DNA from: Candidatus Omnitrophota bacterium
Lineage (GTDB): Bacteria; Omnitrophota; Gorgyraeia; Zapsychrales; JANLHA01
Length of the DNA stretch: 64,000 bases
Direction of reading: 5' to 3'
Assembly: GCA_040753435.1 (NCBI GenBank)
Contig: JBFMEN010000058.1
Span: forward strand, 18,817 to 82,816
Positions 37,281 through 46,892 of the stretch are shown here, piece after piece. The translations under genes were made by a program, and so were the position numbers. The notes beneath the pieces are model-generated. The model did not search any database. It was not told the DNA's origin and worked only from the letters and a program-made list of their open reading frames with translations. Numbering within the stretch: the stretch's first letter is position 1; the number at the start of each line of letters is the position of its first letter.

Positions 37281-38120
37281 ATGATCGCAAAGATTGAAGA
37301 CCTGAAAAACAAGGCCGTTGAGATCAGAAAGCGAATGCTCGAGATGTGTATCAAAGCGGAGACCGGGCACGTTACTTCGTCGCTTTCATGCATCGACCTC
37401 CTGGTCGTTTTATATTATAGCGGTCACATGCATCATGATCCCCGCAATCCTGAATGGTCCGAACGGGACCGCTTTATTCTAAGTAAAGGCCAGGCCAGTC
37501 CGGCGCTGTACACCATTCTTGCGGATTGCGGTTATTTTAGCGAAAAGGATTTGGACAGCTTCGCCCAACCCGGAGGAAAGTTCGGAGTCCATCTTCAGGA
37601 CAGTGTTCCTGGGATTGAAATCACATCTGGTTCTCTGGGACAGGGATTCGGCACAGCGGCAGGGATGGCGCTGGGCGCTAAAATGGACCGCGATTTGCAC
37701 CTGGTCTTTACACTACTCGGCGACGGGGAGTGTTATGAAGGATCTATTTGGGAGACGGCCATGTTCGCGGCGCATAACCGTTTGAATAATCTGATCGCTA
37801 TTGTCGACCGGAACTATTTGTGCGTGACGGATTTTACCGAAAATCTGATTGAGCTTGAACCGATGAAGAGCAAGTGGGAGTCGTTCGGATGGGATGTGAC
37901 CTGGATTAACGGGCATTCGATGGAAGAGTTCATGACGGCATTGAATTCTGTCCGGTCCCGTCGTTCCAGCCGCCCGCTTGCGATTATTGCCGATACGGTC
38001 AAAGGGGAGGGAGTCGAATCGTTGTGTTACAATCCGCTTTGGCACGGCATCGCTCCCAAAGGAGCCGCGGCGATACGGGCGATGAGTGAATTTGAAAGGA
38101 GATTCTGCGGATATGAATAA
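37281..38120 (+). CDS. transketolase-like, N-terminal ThDP-binding subunit
   Basis: RDRFILSKG, GSLGQG, GDGECYEG..N, TVKG. Confidence 0.9.
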   Translation: MIAKIEDLKNKAVEIRKRMLEMCIKAETGHVTSSLSCIDLLVVLYYSGHMHHDPRNPEWSERDRFILSKGQASPALYTILADCGYFSEKDLDSFAQPGGKFGVHLQDSVPGIEITSGSLGQGFGTAAGMALGAKMDRDLHLVFTLLGDGECYEGSIWETAMFAAHNRLNNLIAIVDRNYLCVTDFTENLIELEPMKSKWESFGWDVTWINGHSMEEFMTALNSVRSRRSSRPLAIIADTVKGEGVESLCYNPLWHGIAPKGAAAIRAMSEFERRFCGYE

Positions 38121-39048
38121 TATGAATTCTACCACTCAACGGGACGCGTTCTGGGATACCCTTTATGAAATGGCTCACGAGGACAAATCAATTGTGGTCG
38201 TTACGGCCGATATGGGAGCCCCGGCGCTCGATAAATTCCGTAAGGATTATCCCTCTCAATTTGTCAATGTCGGTATTGCCGAACAGAATGGAATTCTGGT
38301 GGCGGCCGGATTGGCCTTAACAGGAAAGAAGGTTTTTGCTTACGCCATCGCGCCGTTTATTACCCTTCGCTGCCTTGAACAGATCCGCGTTAATGACGCC
38401 ATCATGAAAATTCCAATTAATATAGTTGGGGTAGGGGCAGGGTTCGGATATCAGGATTCCGGTCCGACCCACCATATCATTGAAGACATCGCCGTAATAA
38501 GGTCCATGCCGAATGTCCAGATTCAAAGTGTTTCAGACAGCGTGATGGCGGCTGCTATGCCGAAGTTATGTTGCCAATTATCAACCACCCGCTATATCCG
38601 CCTGGATCGTTTGATTCTTCCGGCCCTTTATGATGAGGGCGCCGATTTTTCAAATGGGTTTGCAGTGTTGAAAGAGGGATCTGTGTATGTGGTAGCCACG
38701 GGAAGCATGGTGCATGTGGCCCTGGAAGTCTCCGGGAGACTGGAAAAGGAAAATTTTCGCCTGGGCGTGATCGACGCTTACCAGATCCCGCTTTCGTTAA
38801 ATTTGACTGATATTTTAAAAACGACCAAACGCGTCATTACCCTTGAAGAACATTTTCTGCCCGGAGGTTTGGGGAGCGCGGTTTGTGAACTTTTGCAGGA
38901 TCAAGAGGTGAATATCCCGGTTAAGCGTATCGGAATCACCCATCAAAAGCAGTATTGTTATGACTACGGCGGGCGCGATGCTATCCGCAAGTATTATGAC
39001 ATTGATCCGGACAGCGTGTTCCTGAAGATTAAAGAATATCTGGCTTGA
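38113..39048 (+). CDS. transketolase-like, C-terminal subunit
   Basis: TADMG, NVGIAEQN, GPTHH, LEEHFLPGGLG. Confidence 0.9.
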   Translation: MNNMNSTTQRDAFWDTLYEMAHEDKSIVVVTADMGAPALDKFRKDYPSQFVNVGIAEQNGILVAAGLALTGKKVFAYAIAPFITLRCLEQIRVNDAIMKIPINIVGVGAGFGYQDSGPTHHIIEDIAVIRSMPNVQIQSVSDSVMAAAMPKLCCQLSTTRYIRLDRLILPALYDEGADFSNGFAVLKEGSVYVVATGSMVHVALEVSGRLEKENFRLGVIDAYQIPLSLNLTDILKTTKRVITLEEHFLPGGLGSAVCELLQDQEVNIPVKRIGITHQKQYCYDYGGRDAIRKYYDIDPDSVFLKIKEYLA

Positions 39049-39049
39049 G

Positions 39050-39182
39050 AAAATCCAAAATCCGAAATTTGAAGGAAATTTAAAGCTGAAAACAGGAATA
39101 ATTTATTGTTTCTTGAATTTGTGATTTCAGGCTTCCTTCGGATTTCGCCTGCCTGCCGGCAGGGATTTATACTTTCGGATTT
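39050..39182. repeat. heptamer hairpin (unit AAAATCC/GGATTTn) with an embedded CCTGCCTGCCGGCAGG element
   Basis: AAAATCC-AAAATCC-GAAATTT ... TGATTTC..GGATTTC-[GCCTGCCTGCCGGCAG]-GGATTTA-TACTTTC-GGATTT. Confidence 0.7.
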
Positions 39183-39211
39183 AACTTAATTCAAAAAAGG
39201 AATTAGTTTGG

Positions 39212-40693
39212 ATGTCCAGAGATGTTGTCCTCGTAAATCCCAGTAATAAAAAACAGGTTTATGCTACTGTCAGTGATTCTCTTGTCGGAATAGAACCTCC
39301 GCTGTGGACTGCGCTTTTAGCCGCTTTCCTTAAGGAGAGGGGCTTTTCAGTCGCCATTATCGATGCCGATGCTGAAAACTACAGTCCCGAAGAAACGGCG
39401 GACAGGGTCCTGGAATATGATCCGTTGCTGGTAGGACTTGGAGCGATCGGCTCAAACCCTTCCGCGGCTTCCACGCCCAAGATGGCCGCTGTCCGTGCTG
39501 TTGGGCAGTTACTGAAACAACGGGCGCCTGATTTAAGAAGTATCATTTATGGAATCCATCCTTCCGGTCTCCCTGAACAGACCTTGAGGGAGGAACCGGT
39601 TGATTTTCTTTGCCGGGGTGAAGCCTTTTTCCCCTTTGCCGAGTTTTTGAAACGGCTTAAAAAGGGAGACTGCGGGCCGGAGTATGATATTAAAGGGCTA
39701 TGGTATCGTCGAGGTAATACGATTGTGGATCATGGCTGGGCAGACATCGTACAGGATCTGGATTCGCTTCCTTTTGCCTCATGGGATCTTTTGCCAATGA
39801 ACAAATACCGCGCCCATAACTGGCATTGTTTCGGCCACATCAATGAACGTTCTCCATACGCGATGATCCACACAAGTCTCGGATGTCCCTATCATTGCCA
39901 TTACTGCAATATTCACGCGCTTTACGCCGGGAAGCCGGGCATCCGTTATCGGAGTCCTGAAAAGGTGGTGGAAGAAATCGATTTGCTTGTTGAACGATAT
40001 GGAATCAGGCATCTTAAATTCCTGGATGAATTGTTCATCATGAAACATCCGCGAGTCGAGAAGATTTGTGATTTGCTGATTGAGCGGAATTATGGTTTGA
40101 ATATCTGGGCCTACGCGCGCATCGACACGGTGACACCTGAATTACTAAAAAAAGCCAGGGCTGCCGGTATTAACTGGGTTTGTTACGGGATCGAGGCGGG
40201 AAGCAAGAACGTTCGGACCGGCGTATCGAAAGGGAGATTTGACCAGGAGGCGATTGACCGCGCGGTAAAGATGGCTTATGACGCGGGTATGTATATTCTG
40301 GGCAACTTTATGTTCGGCCTTCCTGATGACGACATGAGTACGATGCATGAAACGTTTGAATTGGCGAAAACTATCAACTGCGAATACATCAACTTTTATA
40401 CGACGATGGCTTATCCCGGATCGCCTCTCTATGATGACGCCGTAAAACAGGGACTGCGTCTGCCGGAAACATGGCTGGGTTTTTCCCAATTCAGCCGACA
40501 GACCGTACCGCTGCCGACGAAATATTTATCTCCCGAGGATGTGCTGGGTTTTCGGGACCGGGCTTTTGTCGAATATTTCAGCCGGCCTGAATATCAGGAA
40601 AAAATTCTCCGCATATTCGGGCAGGAAACTGTTGATCACGTAAAGCGCCTGTTAACAAAACCTTTACAACGTGATTTATTGGTTAGCAAATAA
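39212..40693 (+). CDS. cobalamin-binding radical SAM enzyme (class B methyltransferase-like)
   Basis: EPPLW..IIDAD B12-binding region, GIHP, RGEA, SLGCPYHCHYC, GIEAG, FMFGLP, YPGSPLY. Confidence 0.88.
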   Translation: MSRDVVLVNPSNKKQVYATVSDSLVGIEPPLWTALLAAFLKERGFSVAIIDADAENYSPEETADRVLEYDPLLVGLGAIGSNPSAASTPKMAAVRAVGQLLKQRAPDLRSIIYGIHPSGLPEQTLREEPVDFLCRGEAFFPFAEFLKRLKKGDCGPEYDIKGLWYRRGNTIVDHGWADIVQDLDSLPFASWDLLPMNKYRAHNWHCFGHINERSPYAMIHTSLGCPYHCHYCNIHALYAGKPGIRYRSPEKVVEEIDLLVERYGIRHLKFLDELFIMKHPRVEKICDLLIERNYGLNIWAYARIDTVTPELLKKARAAGINWVCYGIEAGSKNVRTGVSKGRFDQEAIDRAVKMAYDAGMYILGNFMFGLPDDDMSTMHETFELAKTINCEYINFYTTMAYPGSPLYDDAVKQGLRLPETWLGFSQFSRQTVPLPTKYLSPEDVLGFRDRAFVEYFSRPEYQEKILRIFGQETVDHVKRLLTKPLQRDLLVSK

Positions 40694-41821
40694 ATGGACT
40701 TAAACCGGCAGGATTGCCTGAAAAAAACATTTGCTGAAGATCTGCGGATTAAACGGCAATCCGAATTAGACGGGGTGATCGTCGGTTACTGGTCTTATTA
40801 TGAAAATCAATGTCTGAATAATCAGCGGTTCCTGCGTTCAGATTTCGGCACCAATGAAAATTGTTTGAAAAAATACAACGAGCTTTACGCGCGGGGTAGG
40901 GAAGAGAAGATCCATTTCCTGAGCCTCGACTTGATTGACGATTTCTCCAAGGTGGATCTTTTTGTTTTCTCGGACGTTCCGAAAAAGAACAGCCTGCTTG
41001 CCAAGAAGGCTTATGCCCAGAACAAGCCCATGTTTTTAATCCTTGAAGAGTCAGCGGTTGTCTATCCGAGAAACTGGGACTTGAAGAACCATGAGCCATT
41101 CGAGAAAATTCTGACCTGGGATGACAGGTTTGTCGATAATAAAAAATATTTTAAATTTAACCATTATTTTATCGCAACGCGAACAGTTCCCAGAAATATT
41201 GATGAAAAAAAGAAACTTTGCGTGACTATCGCGGCCAATAAAAAGTCGGCTCATCCTCTTGAACTCTATTCGGAAAGGGAACGCGCGATCCGGTGGTTTG
41301 AAAAATATCATCCGGAAGATTTTGACCTTTACGGTTTCGGCTGGGATGAACGGGCTTTTCCTATGGATATCCCGTTGATCAGATTATTAAACGGGCGCAA
41401 GATGAAGTTTCTCCGCAAATATCTCGCGCCGAAGTATCCGTCCTGGAGAGGCACTGTTAAAAAAAAGAGCGATATTCTCGGCCGATACTGGTTTTCGATC
41501 TGTTATGAAAACGCGAGGGATATTACCGGTTATATTTTGGAAAAGATATTCGATTGTTTTTTTTGCGGGACTGTTCCGGTCTACCGCGGCGCCGACAACA
41601 TCGGTGATTATATTCCCAAAGAATGCTATCTGGACCAGCGGGATTTCAAAAATTATGATGAGTTATATGACGTGATGAAGCGCATGTCACGGGAGGAGTA
41701 TCTGTCTTATCTGGACAACATTGAAGCGTTTTTAAACAGCGAAGCGGCCGGGATTTTCTCCAGTGAATATTTTGTCGGGCTTGTTTTGACCGAAATCCGA
41801 AAGTCATTAAATAAAGGATGA
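40694..41821 (+). CDS. GT10 (alpha-1,3/4-fucosyltransferase-like) glycosyltransferase
   Basis: FSICYEN..GYILEKIFDCF..GTVPVYRGA. Confidence 0.8.
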   Translation: MDLNRQDCLKKTFAEDLRIKRQSELDGVIVGYWSYYENQCLNNQRFLRSDFGTNENCLKKYNELYARGREEKIHFLSLDLIDDFSKVDLFVFSDVPKKNSLLAKKAYAQNKPMFLILEESAVVYPRNWDLKNHEPFEKILTWDDRFVDNKKYFKFNHYFIATRTVPRNIDEKKKLCVTIAANKKSAHPLELYSERERAIRWFEKYHPEDFDLYGFGWDERAFPMDIPLIRLLNGRKMKFLRKYLAPKYPSWRGTVKKKSDILGRYWFSICYENARDITGYILEKIFDCFFCGTVPVYRGADNIGDYIPKECYLDQRDFKNYDELYDVMKRMSREEYLSYLDNIEAFLNSEAAGIFSSEYFVGLVLTEIRKSLNKG

Positions 41822-41824
41822 AGT

Positions 41825-42739
41825 ATGGGATTGCTTCCGGGGCATTTGCATATACTCGCGATTGAGCAGGGGAAACGGCCTTGTATTGACGGGGACGTGC
41901 TGACTTTGGGTGAGCAGGCGGTGTATGCGACTTTAAAAGAAGTTCATGAAATTTACCGGCGGCATGATCTGGCGTTAAATGAACTCCCTGATGATTTCGA
42001 TACGGCAAACAAAATCCCCGCCTGGAAACAGACAGTTTATGAAAAGAATACCAATGCCCATGCCGCTTTGACGCTGCTTGGGGCAAGGCGCGTTTATTCC
42101 GTTGATGTGAATGATTATGAGAATCCTGATTTTATTTTTGATTTAAATGATAAAGTTGACAATGCCTTTCACGAAAGGTTCGACGTCGTCTTTGATTGCG
42201 GGACGCTGGAACATGTATTTAACGTTCCCGAAGCACTGAAGAACATTTGCCGTATGCTTAAACCAGGAGGCATGGTCGTCCTGATGAATCCGGCCAGCAA
42301 CGCCGTTGATCATGGTTTTTATTCTTTCAGCCCGACGTTATTCTATGATTTTTTTCAATCGAACGGATTTCAGGAATTCAGTTGTTATTTAATGGAAGTG
42401 AATAATTATAATTACCTGAAAAAGGGACGGGTTTTCCGTTACAAACAGGTCGGGAGGGAATATCCGTTGAACCTCGCGCAAGGCATGGATGTCTGCTTCT
42501 TCGCAAAGAAACGCAAATCGTTGACTGAAGTCGAGTATAACCCGCCGGCCCAATCCGTTTATCCGGCATATTTCTGGAATAAAGAAAAGTATCGAGAAGG
42601 TCTTTTTAAAACGACGAAGATGAAGGAATTATTAAAAAAGATTGAGCTGACCACATCATCCTTCAGACCGGTTTGGATCGACAGGTTGGTGAAGGACAGA
42701 AAGCGGCGAGCCGGTTTGGAGTATCTGGGAAGGTTCTAG
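41825..42739 (+). CDS. class I SAM-dependent methyltransferase
   Basis: FDVVFDCGTLEHVFN..LKPGG, DHGFYSFSP. Confidence 0.8.
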   Translation: MGLLPGHLHILAIEQGKRPCIDGDVLTLGEQAVYATLKEVHEIYRRHDLALNELPDDFDTANKIPAWKQTVYEKNTNAHAALTLLGARRVYSVDVNDYENPDFIFDLNDKVDNAFHERFDVVFDCGTLEHVFNVPEALKNICRMLKPGGMVVLMNPASNAVDHGFYSFSPTLFYDFFQSNGFQEFSCYLMEVNNYNYLKKGRVFRYKQVGREYPLNLAQGMDVCFFAKKRKSLTEVEYNPPAQSVYPAYFWNKEKYREGLFKTTKMKELLKKIELTTSSFRPVWIDRLVKDRKRRAGLEYLGRF

Positions 42740-44434
42740 ATGATCAAAGAGGAAATTAAAAAATTCAGAGTTTTGTATCTGATACTGAGGCCTGCGTTCA
42801 GGGCTGGCCGTTATTTAAAGGAACTGACGCGATATTTTTTGGCCAGATTTTTTTCCCGCCCCTATTTTGGGCGTTACATGCTGGCGGGATTGGCATGGCC
42901 GGAGCGTCAGGAGGCCATGAAAAGTTTGTTAAGAAAAGAATTGGCCGCCTCCGGCAAGGAATTCAATATTCTGGAAATAGGGACATGGGCCGGCTCTTCT
43001 GCTTTTATCTGGGCCGGCATTTGTAAAGAAGAGGGAAAGGGCAAAATTTTTTGTGTCGACCATTGGCGGGCTTCGCCAAACAGTCCCGAAGTAATGAAAA
43101 AGGCTGTCAAAAATGACCGCATTTTTAACTTGTTTTTACATAACATGAGAGCGGGTGGGCATGAGAATGTTTTTTCGTTGAGGGGACCCAGTGATGAGTT
43201 GCTGAAAGTATTAAAGCCTGAAAGTTTTGATTTTATTTATGTCGATGGAGACCACGGCTATTCCCAGGCCAGAAAAGATATCCTTAGCGCCGTTTCATTG
43301 TTAAAGGATGGGGGAATTATATGCGGAGATGATTTGGACGTCCATCCAGATTCCGTCGAACAGGAATTTCTTCAACAGCATAAAGAAGAGGATTATGTCC
43401 AGTACCCGTCCACCGGGGAATATTTACATCCGGGGGTAGCGCTGGTCATTAAAGAGATATTTGATGAGGTTGACTGTTGGAACGGGTTTTGGGCTGTTAG
43501 AAAGAATCAATCCGGCTGGGAAAAAACAGGTCTGAAAACAGCCGGCGCCGGTTCTCTTGAAATCAGTGGTTTTGATTTTTTTATTGATCGTGAAAAAGGA
43601 AAGCCTTGTCTGGTTGCTGGTAACGCCCCGAGCATTCAGAGTTTTCCTTTCAACGATTTTAAAGGTGTTTCGATCTTGATGAATTCAGGGCCCGTGTTAT
43701 TGAAAGGGAAAATAGCTCCTGATTATTGGATGTCCGCCAATTATTATTATCCGATCCCTGATAAAGACTTTCATGAGATTAATCGTTATATGAATACGGT
43801 TTTTATTTTTTCAGATACGGCTGTTTATCTTAAAAGAAACTCTTATAACCATTCTTCTATTGATCAGAAATTAAATATCCCCTGGTTCGCTTTTGATGTT
43901 TTTCACAGCAATGGAGAACCGTGCCAGCCACGGCGTGGATGTTGCGAGGTCCTGAAACAGTATCCGGACCGCCTCAGCATTTTTGAATTTTTAAAAAAGC
44001 ATTATCAGACGCGATCGACGATGCCCACGCCGAATACGGCCGTCGTTTTTTCCCTCGCGTTTGCCGTCTTGATGGGCTGTTCTCCGATCTATGTCAACGG
44101 AGTTGAGCTTCCTCAACAGATGAAAGATTACCGGCAGGGCGGATTTTTAGGGTTATGCGGAAGCGCGAATCCTTATGCCAACGGAATATATAATTGGTAT
44201 TTAATCCTTGGCGCATGGATAAAAAAGTGGTTCCTGAAGAAAGAAGCACCTTCTGCATTTGTCGAGAATATCGACGATACCCTTGAAGCCTTTCGTTATT
44301 TATATGATGTCGCCTGTTTCAGGGGGCAGAAGATTTATAATTTGAGCGAGACTTCCTTGCTTGAGAAGGAAAAAGTGTTGCCGTATCTTGATCCGGACAA
44401 GGTTCGTCCTAATCCGCTAAACAGGAAGGGCTAA
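42740..44434 (+). CDS. fusion of a Methyltransf_24-like domain and a Maf/GT42-like (ulosonyltransferase-like) domain
   Basis: N: LEIGTWAGSS, VDHW, DFIYVDGDHGY, GGIICGDD; C: LVAGNAPS, TAVVFSLAFAVLMGCSPIYVNGVE, IYNLS. Confidence 0.7.
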   Translation: MIKEEIKKFRVLYLILRPAFRAGRYLKELTRYFLARFFSRPYFGRYMLAGLAWPERQEAMKSLLRKELAASGKEFNILEIGTWAGSSAFIWAGICKEEGKGKIFCVDHWRASPNSPEVMKKAVKNDRIFNLFLHNMRAGGHENVFSLRGPSDELLKVLKPESFDFIYVDGDHGYSQARKDILSAVSLLKDGGIICGDDLDVHPDSVEQEFLQQHKEEDYVQYPSTGEYLHPGVALVIKEIFDEVDCWNGFWAVRKNQSGWEKTGLKTAGAGSLEISGFDFFIDREKGKPCLVAGNAPSIQSFPFNDFKGVSILMNSGPVLLKGKIAPDYWMSANYYYPIPDKDFHEINRYMNTVFIFSDTAVYLKRNSYNHSSIDQKLNIPWFAFDVFHSNGEPCQPRRGCCEVLKQYPDRLSIFEFLKKHYQTRSTMPTPNTAVVFSLAFAVLMGCSPIYVNGVELPQQMKDYRQGGFLGLCGSANPYANGIYNWYLILGAWIKKWFLKKEAPSAFVENIDDTLEAFRYLYDVACFRGQKIYNLSETSLLEKEKVLPYLDPDKVRPNPLNRKG

Positions 44435-44914
44435 ATGACTCTTAAAGATATCGATTTGATTGTTTATGACTTTGATGGCGTAATGACGGACAATCGCGTC
44501 CTTGTTTTTCAAAATGGACAGGAAGCTGTTTTTTGCAACCGTTCTGACGGAATGGCTGTTTCTTTTTTAAAAGAGAAAGGAGTCCGTCAGGTTATCCTTT
44601 CGACTGAGGAAAACGGGGTGGTTTCAGCCCGGGCCAGAAAACTTGGCATTGAATGTATTCAGAATGCCCATGACAAGAAAAAAGAACTTGTTGGTTTCGT
44701 CAAAAAAAACGGGATAGATCTTGAAAAGGTTTTGTATATCGGCAATGACCTTAACGACCTTGAGGCGATGAAGGTAGCCGGTTATGCCATGTGCCCCGAG
44801 GATGCCGCGGATGAAATCAAAAATTTAGTTAATCAGGTTATTCCGGAAAAAGGGGGGCATGGTGTTATTCGACGATTATGGGATATTTTAACCACAGGTG
44901 AAAAAGATGAATAG
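44435..44914 (+). CDS. KdsC-like HAD phosphatase
   Basis: YDFDGVMTD, YIGNDLND, GGHGVIR. Confidence 0.9.
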   Translation: MTLKDIDLIVYDFDGVMTDNRVLVFQNGQEAVFCNRSDGMAVSFLKEKGVRQVILSTEENGVVSARARKLGIECIQNAHDKKKELVGFVKKNGIDLEKVLYIGNDLNDLEAMKVAGYAMCPEDAADEIKNLVNQVIPEKGGHGVIRRLWDILTTGEKDE

Positions 44915-45662
44915 GGCGATTTTTATTACAGTGAGAACTGGCTCATCCCGTCTTCCTCAAAAGGCCTTGAAAGAGATTTGCGGTGCGCCGGCCATCGTTC
45001 AGTTGATCAGAAGGGTGAGGCATTCGGTCATGGCAGAAGGGATCGTTCTTTGCACAACAGAGCTTCCGGAAGATGATATATTAGTCGAGATTGCGAAAAA
45101 TGAAGAGATCGGCTTTTTCAGGGGAAGCGTGAAAGATAAATTAATAAGATGGCATGGCGCGGCCAGTCAATTCAAAGTTGAATTTTTCGTGACTGCCGAC
45201 GGGGACGATCTTTTATGTGAACCGGAACTGATCGACCTGGCTTTCCGGCAGTATGAGAGGGAATCGCCCGATTTTATTGAAGGAACAGGGCTTGTCTGCG
45301 GATCATTTACTTATGGGATAAAGGCCTCGGCGTTAAGTAAGGTTTGCGAAATTAAAGATTCAGAAGATACTGAAATGATGTGGGTTTATTTTAAGGACAC
45401 CGGTTTGTTCGAGTGCGCCGAATTGAAAGATGTTCCCGATATTTTTAAAAGACCGGAAATCCGGATGACGCTGGATTATGAGGACGATCTCAGGTTTTTC
45501 AGGACGATCTTCAATCATTTTAAAGGCGGATATGCCGGCCTTCGGGAAGTGATCGAGTATCTGGATCAACATCCCGACGTGATTAAGATCAATCAGTATC
45601 TTCAGGAAAGGTTTCTCGAGAACCAGAAGAAAAGGACAACGTTGATTTTAAAAAGGAAGTAA
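44907..45662 (+). CDS. SpsF/NeuA-like cytidylyltransferase
   Basis: VRTGSSRLPQK, FFRGS, RMTLDYEDD. Confidence 0.85.
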   Translation: MNRAIFITVRTGSSRLPQKALKEICGAPAIVQLIRRVRHSVMAEGIVLCTTELPEDDILVEIAKNEEIGFFRGSVKDKLIRWHGAASQFKVEFFVTADGDDLLCEPELIDLAFRQYERESPDFIEGTGLVCGSFTYGIKASALSKVCEIKDSEDTEMMWVYFKDTGLFECAELKDVPDIFKRPEIRMTLDYEDDLRFFRTIFNHFKGGYAGLREVIEYLDQHPDVIKINQYLQERFLENQKKRTTLILKRK

Positions 45663-45665
45663 GGC

Positions 45666-46883
45666 ATGGATAAACTGACCAACCCGATCAAATATCTCGG
45701 CAATGAACTGGAGTACTTGAAAAAGGTCCTGGAGTCCGAAAGCTGGTCGGCGACCGCAGGCAGCTGGAACCGGGTTTTTGAAAAGGCCTTTGCTGAAAAA
45801 TGCGGGGTCCAATACGCTGTGGCGATGAATTCGGGCACTTCAACCCTTCATGCTGCTCTGGAAGCGGCGGGGGTTGGGCCAGGAGATGAAGTGATCTCTC
45901 CGGCTTTGACTGTTTTCATGAATACATCTTCCACCATTCATGCCAACGCTGTTCCTGTTTACGCAGATATCGATCCTCTGACATGGACAATCGATCCAAA
46001 GGATGTGGTTAAAAAAATTACCGCAAAGACAAAAGCCATTATGCCCGTCGCGCTTTATGGCCTCCCTCCTGATATGGATCCGATAATGGAATTGGCAGAC
46101 AAGCATGGTCTGGTCGTGATAGAAGATAACGCGCAGTGTTTCGGGAGTCTTTATAAGGGCAGAAAGACCGGTACCATCGGGCACATGGCAAGTTACAGTT
46201 TTGAAAATACAAAACATATTTCCTGCGGAGAAGGCGGCGCCGTTATTACCAATGATGAAATTTTAGCGGAAAAAGTGAGAAAGGTCGGAGGGCATGGATT
46301 CAAGAATTTAACTGCCTCAGAGGGGAGAGTCCGTTTGAGGGCTGAAGAGTTCCAGCATCCGGATTATAAAAGGCACAGTGAATTGGGGTGGAATTACCGT
46401 TTACCCGAATTTAACGCGGCCGTGGCCCTGGCCCAGCTGGAACGCGTTGATGAGCTTGTCCGGTTGCGGATAGAATCCGCCAATATGTTCATTGACGTGA
46501 TGAGGGAGTGTGACTTTTTGAAGCCGCAAGCGGAGCCGGACGGATATACCAATACATATTACACTCTCGGAGTTCTTTATGAAGGAGAGGAAAAACTTGG
46601 GGTCTCCTGGAAAGAATTCAGAAAAAGGTATGTTGATATGGGAGGAGACGGTATCTATGGCGCATGGAGTGTGCCGTATCTCGAACCCGTGATGGTTAAC
46701 AGGACTTATGTGAAACGTTGTCCATGGGTGTATGAACGCGTTCGATACGGAAAGGGGTTGTGCCCAACGGCTGAACGGATTCAGCCCAGACTGATGCAGT
46801 TCAAGACAAATTACAGGGATCTGGATCTGGCCAGACAAAAGGCCGATATTTTAAAAAGACTTATTCGGGAATTAAAAAAGTAA
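45666..46883 (+). CDS. DegT/DnrJ/StrS-family PLP aminotransferase
   Basis: NSGTSTLH, GPGDEVI, IEDNAQ, SFENTKHISCGEGG, GWNYR. Confidence 0.92.
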   Translation: MDKLTNPIKYLGNELEYLKKVLESESWSATAGSWNRVFEKAFAEKCGVQYAVAMNSGTSTLHAALEAAGVGPGDEVISPALTVFMNTSSTIHANAVPVYADIDPLTWTIDPKDVVKKITAKTKAIMPVALYGLPPDMDPIMELADKHGLVVIEDNAQCFGSLYKGRKTGTIGHMASYSFENTKHISCGEGGAVITNDEILAEKVRKVGGHGFKNLTASEGRVRLRAEEFQHPDYKRHSELGWNYRLPEFNAAVALAQLERVDELVRLRIESANMFIDVMRECDFLKPQAEPDGYTNTYYTLGVLYEGEEKLGVSWKEFRKRYVDMGGDGIYGAWSVPYLEPVMVNRTYVKRCPWVYERVRYGKGLCPTAERIQPRLMQFKTNYRDLDLARQKADILKRLIRELKK

Positions 46884-46892
46884 AAGGAACAT

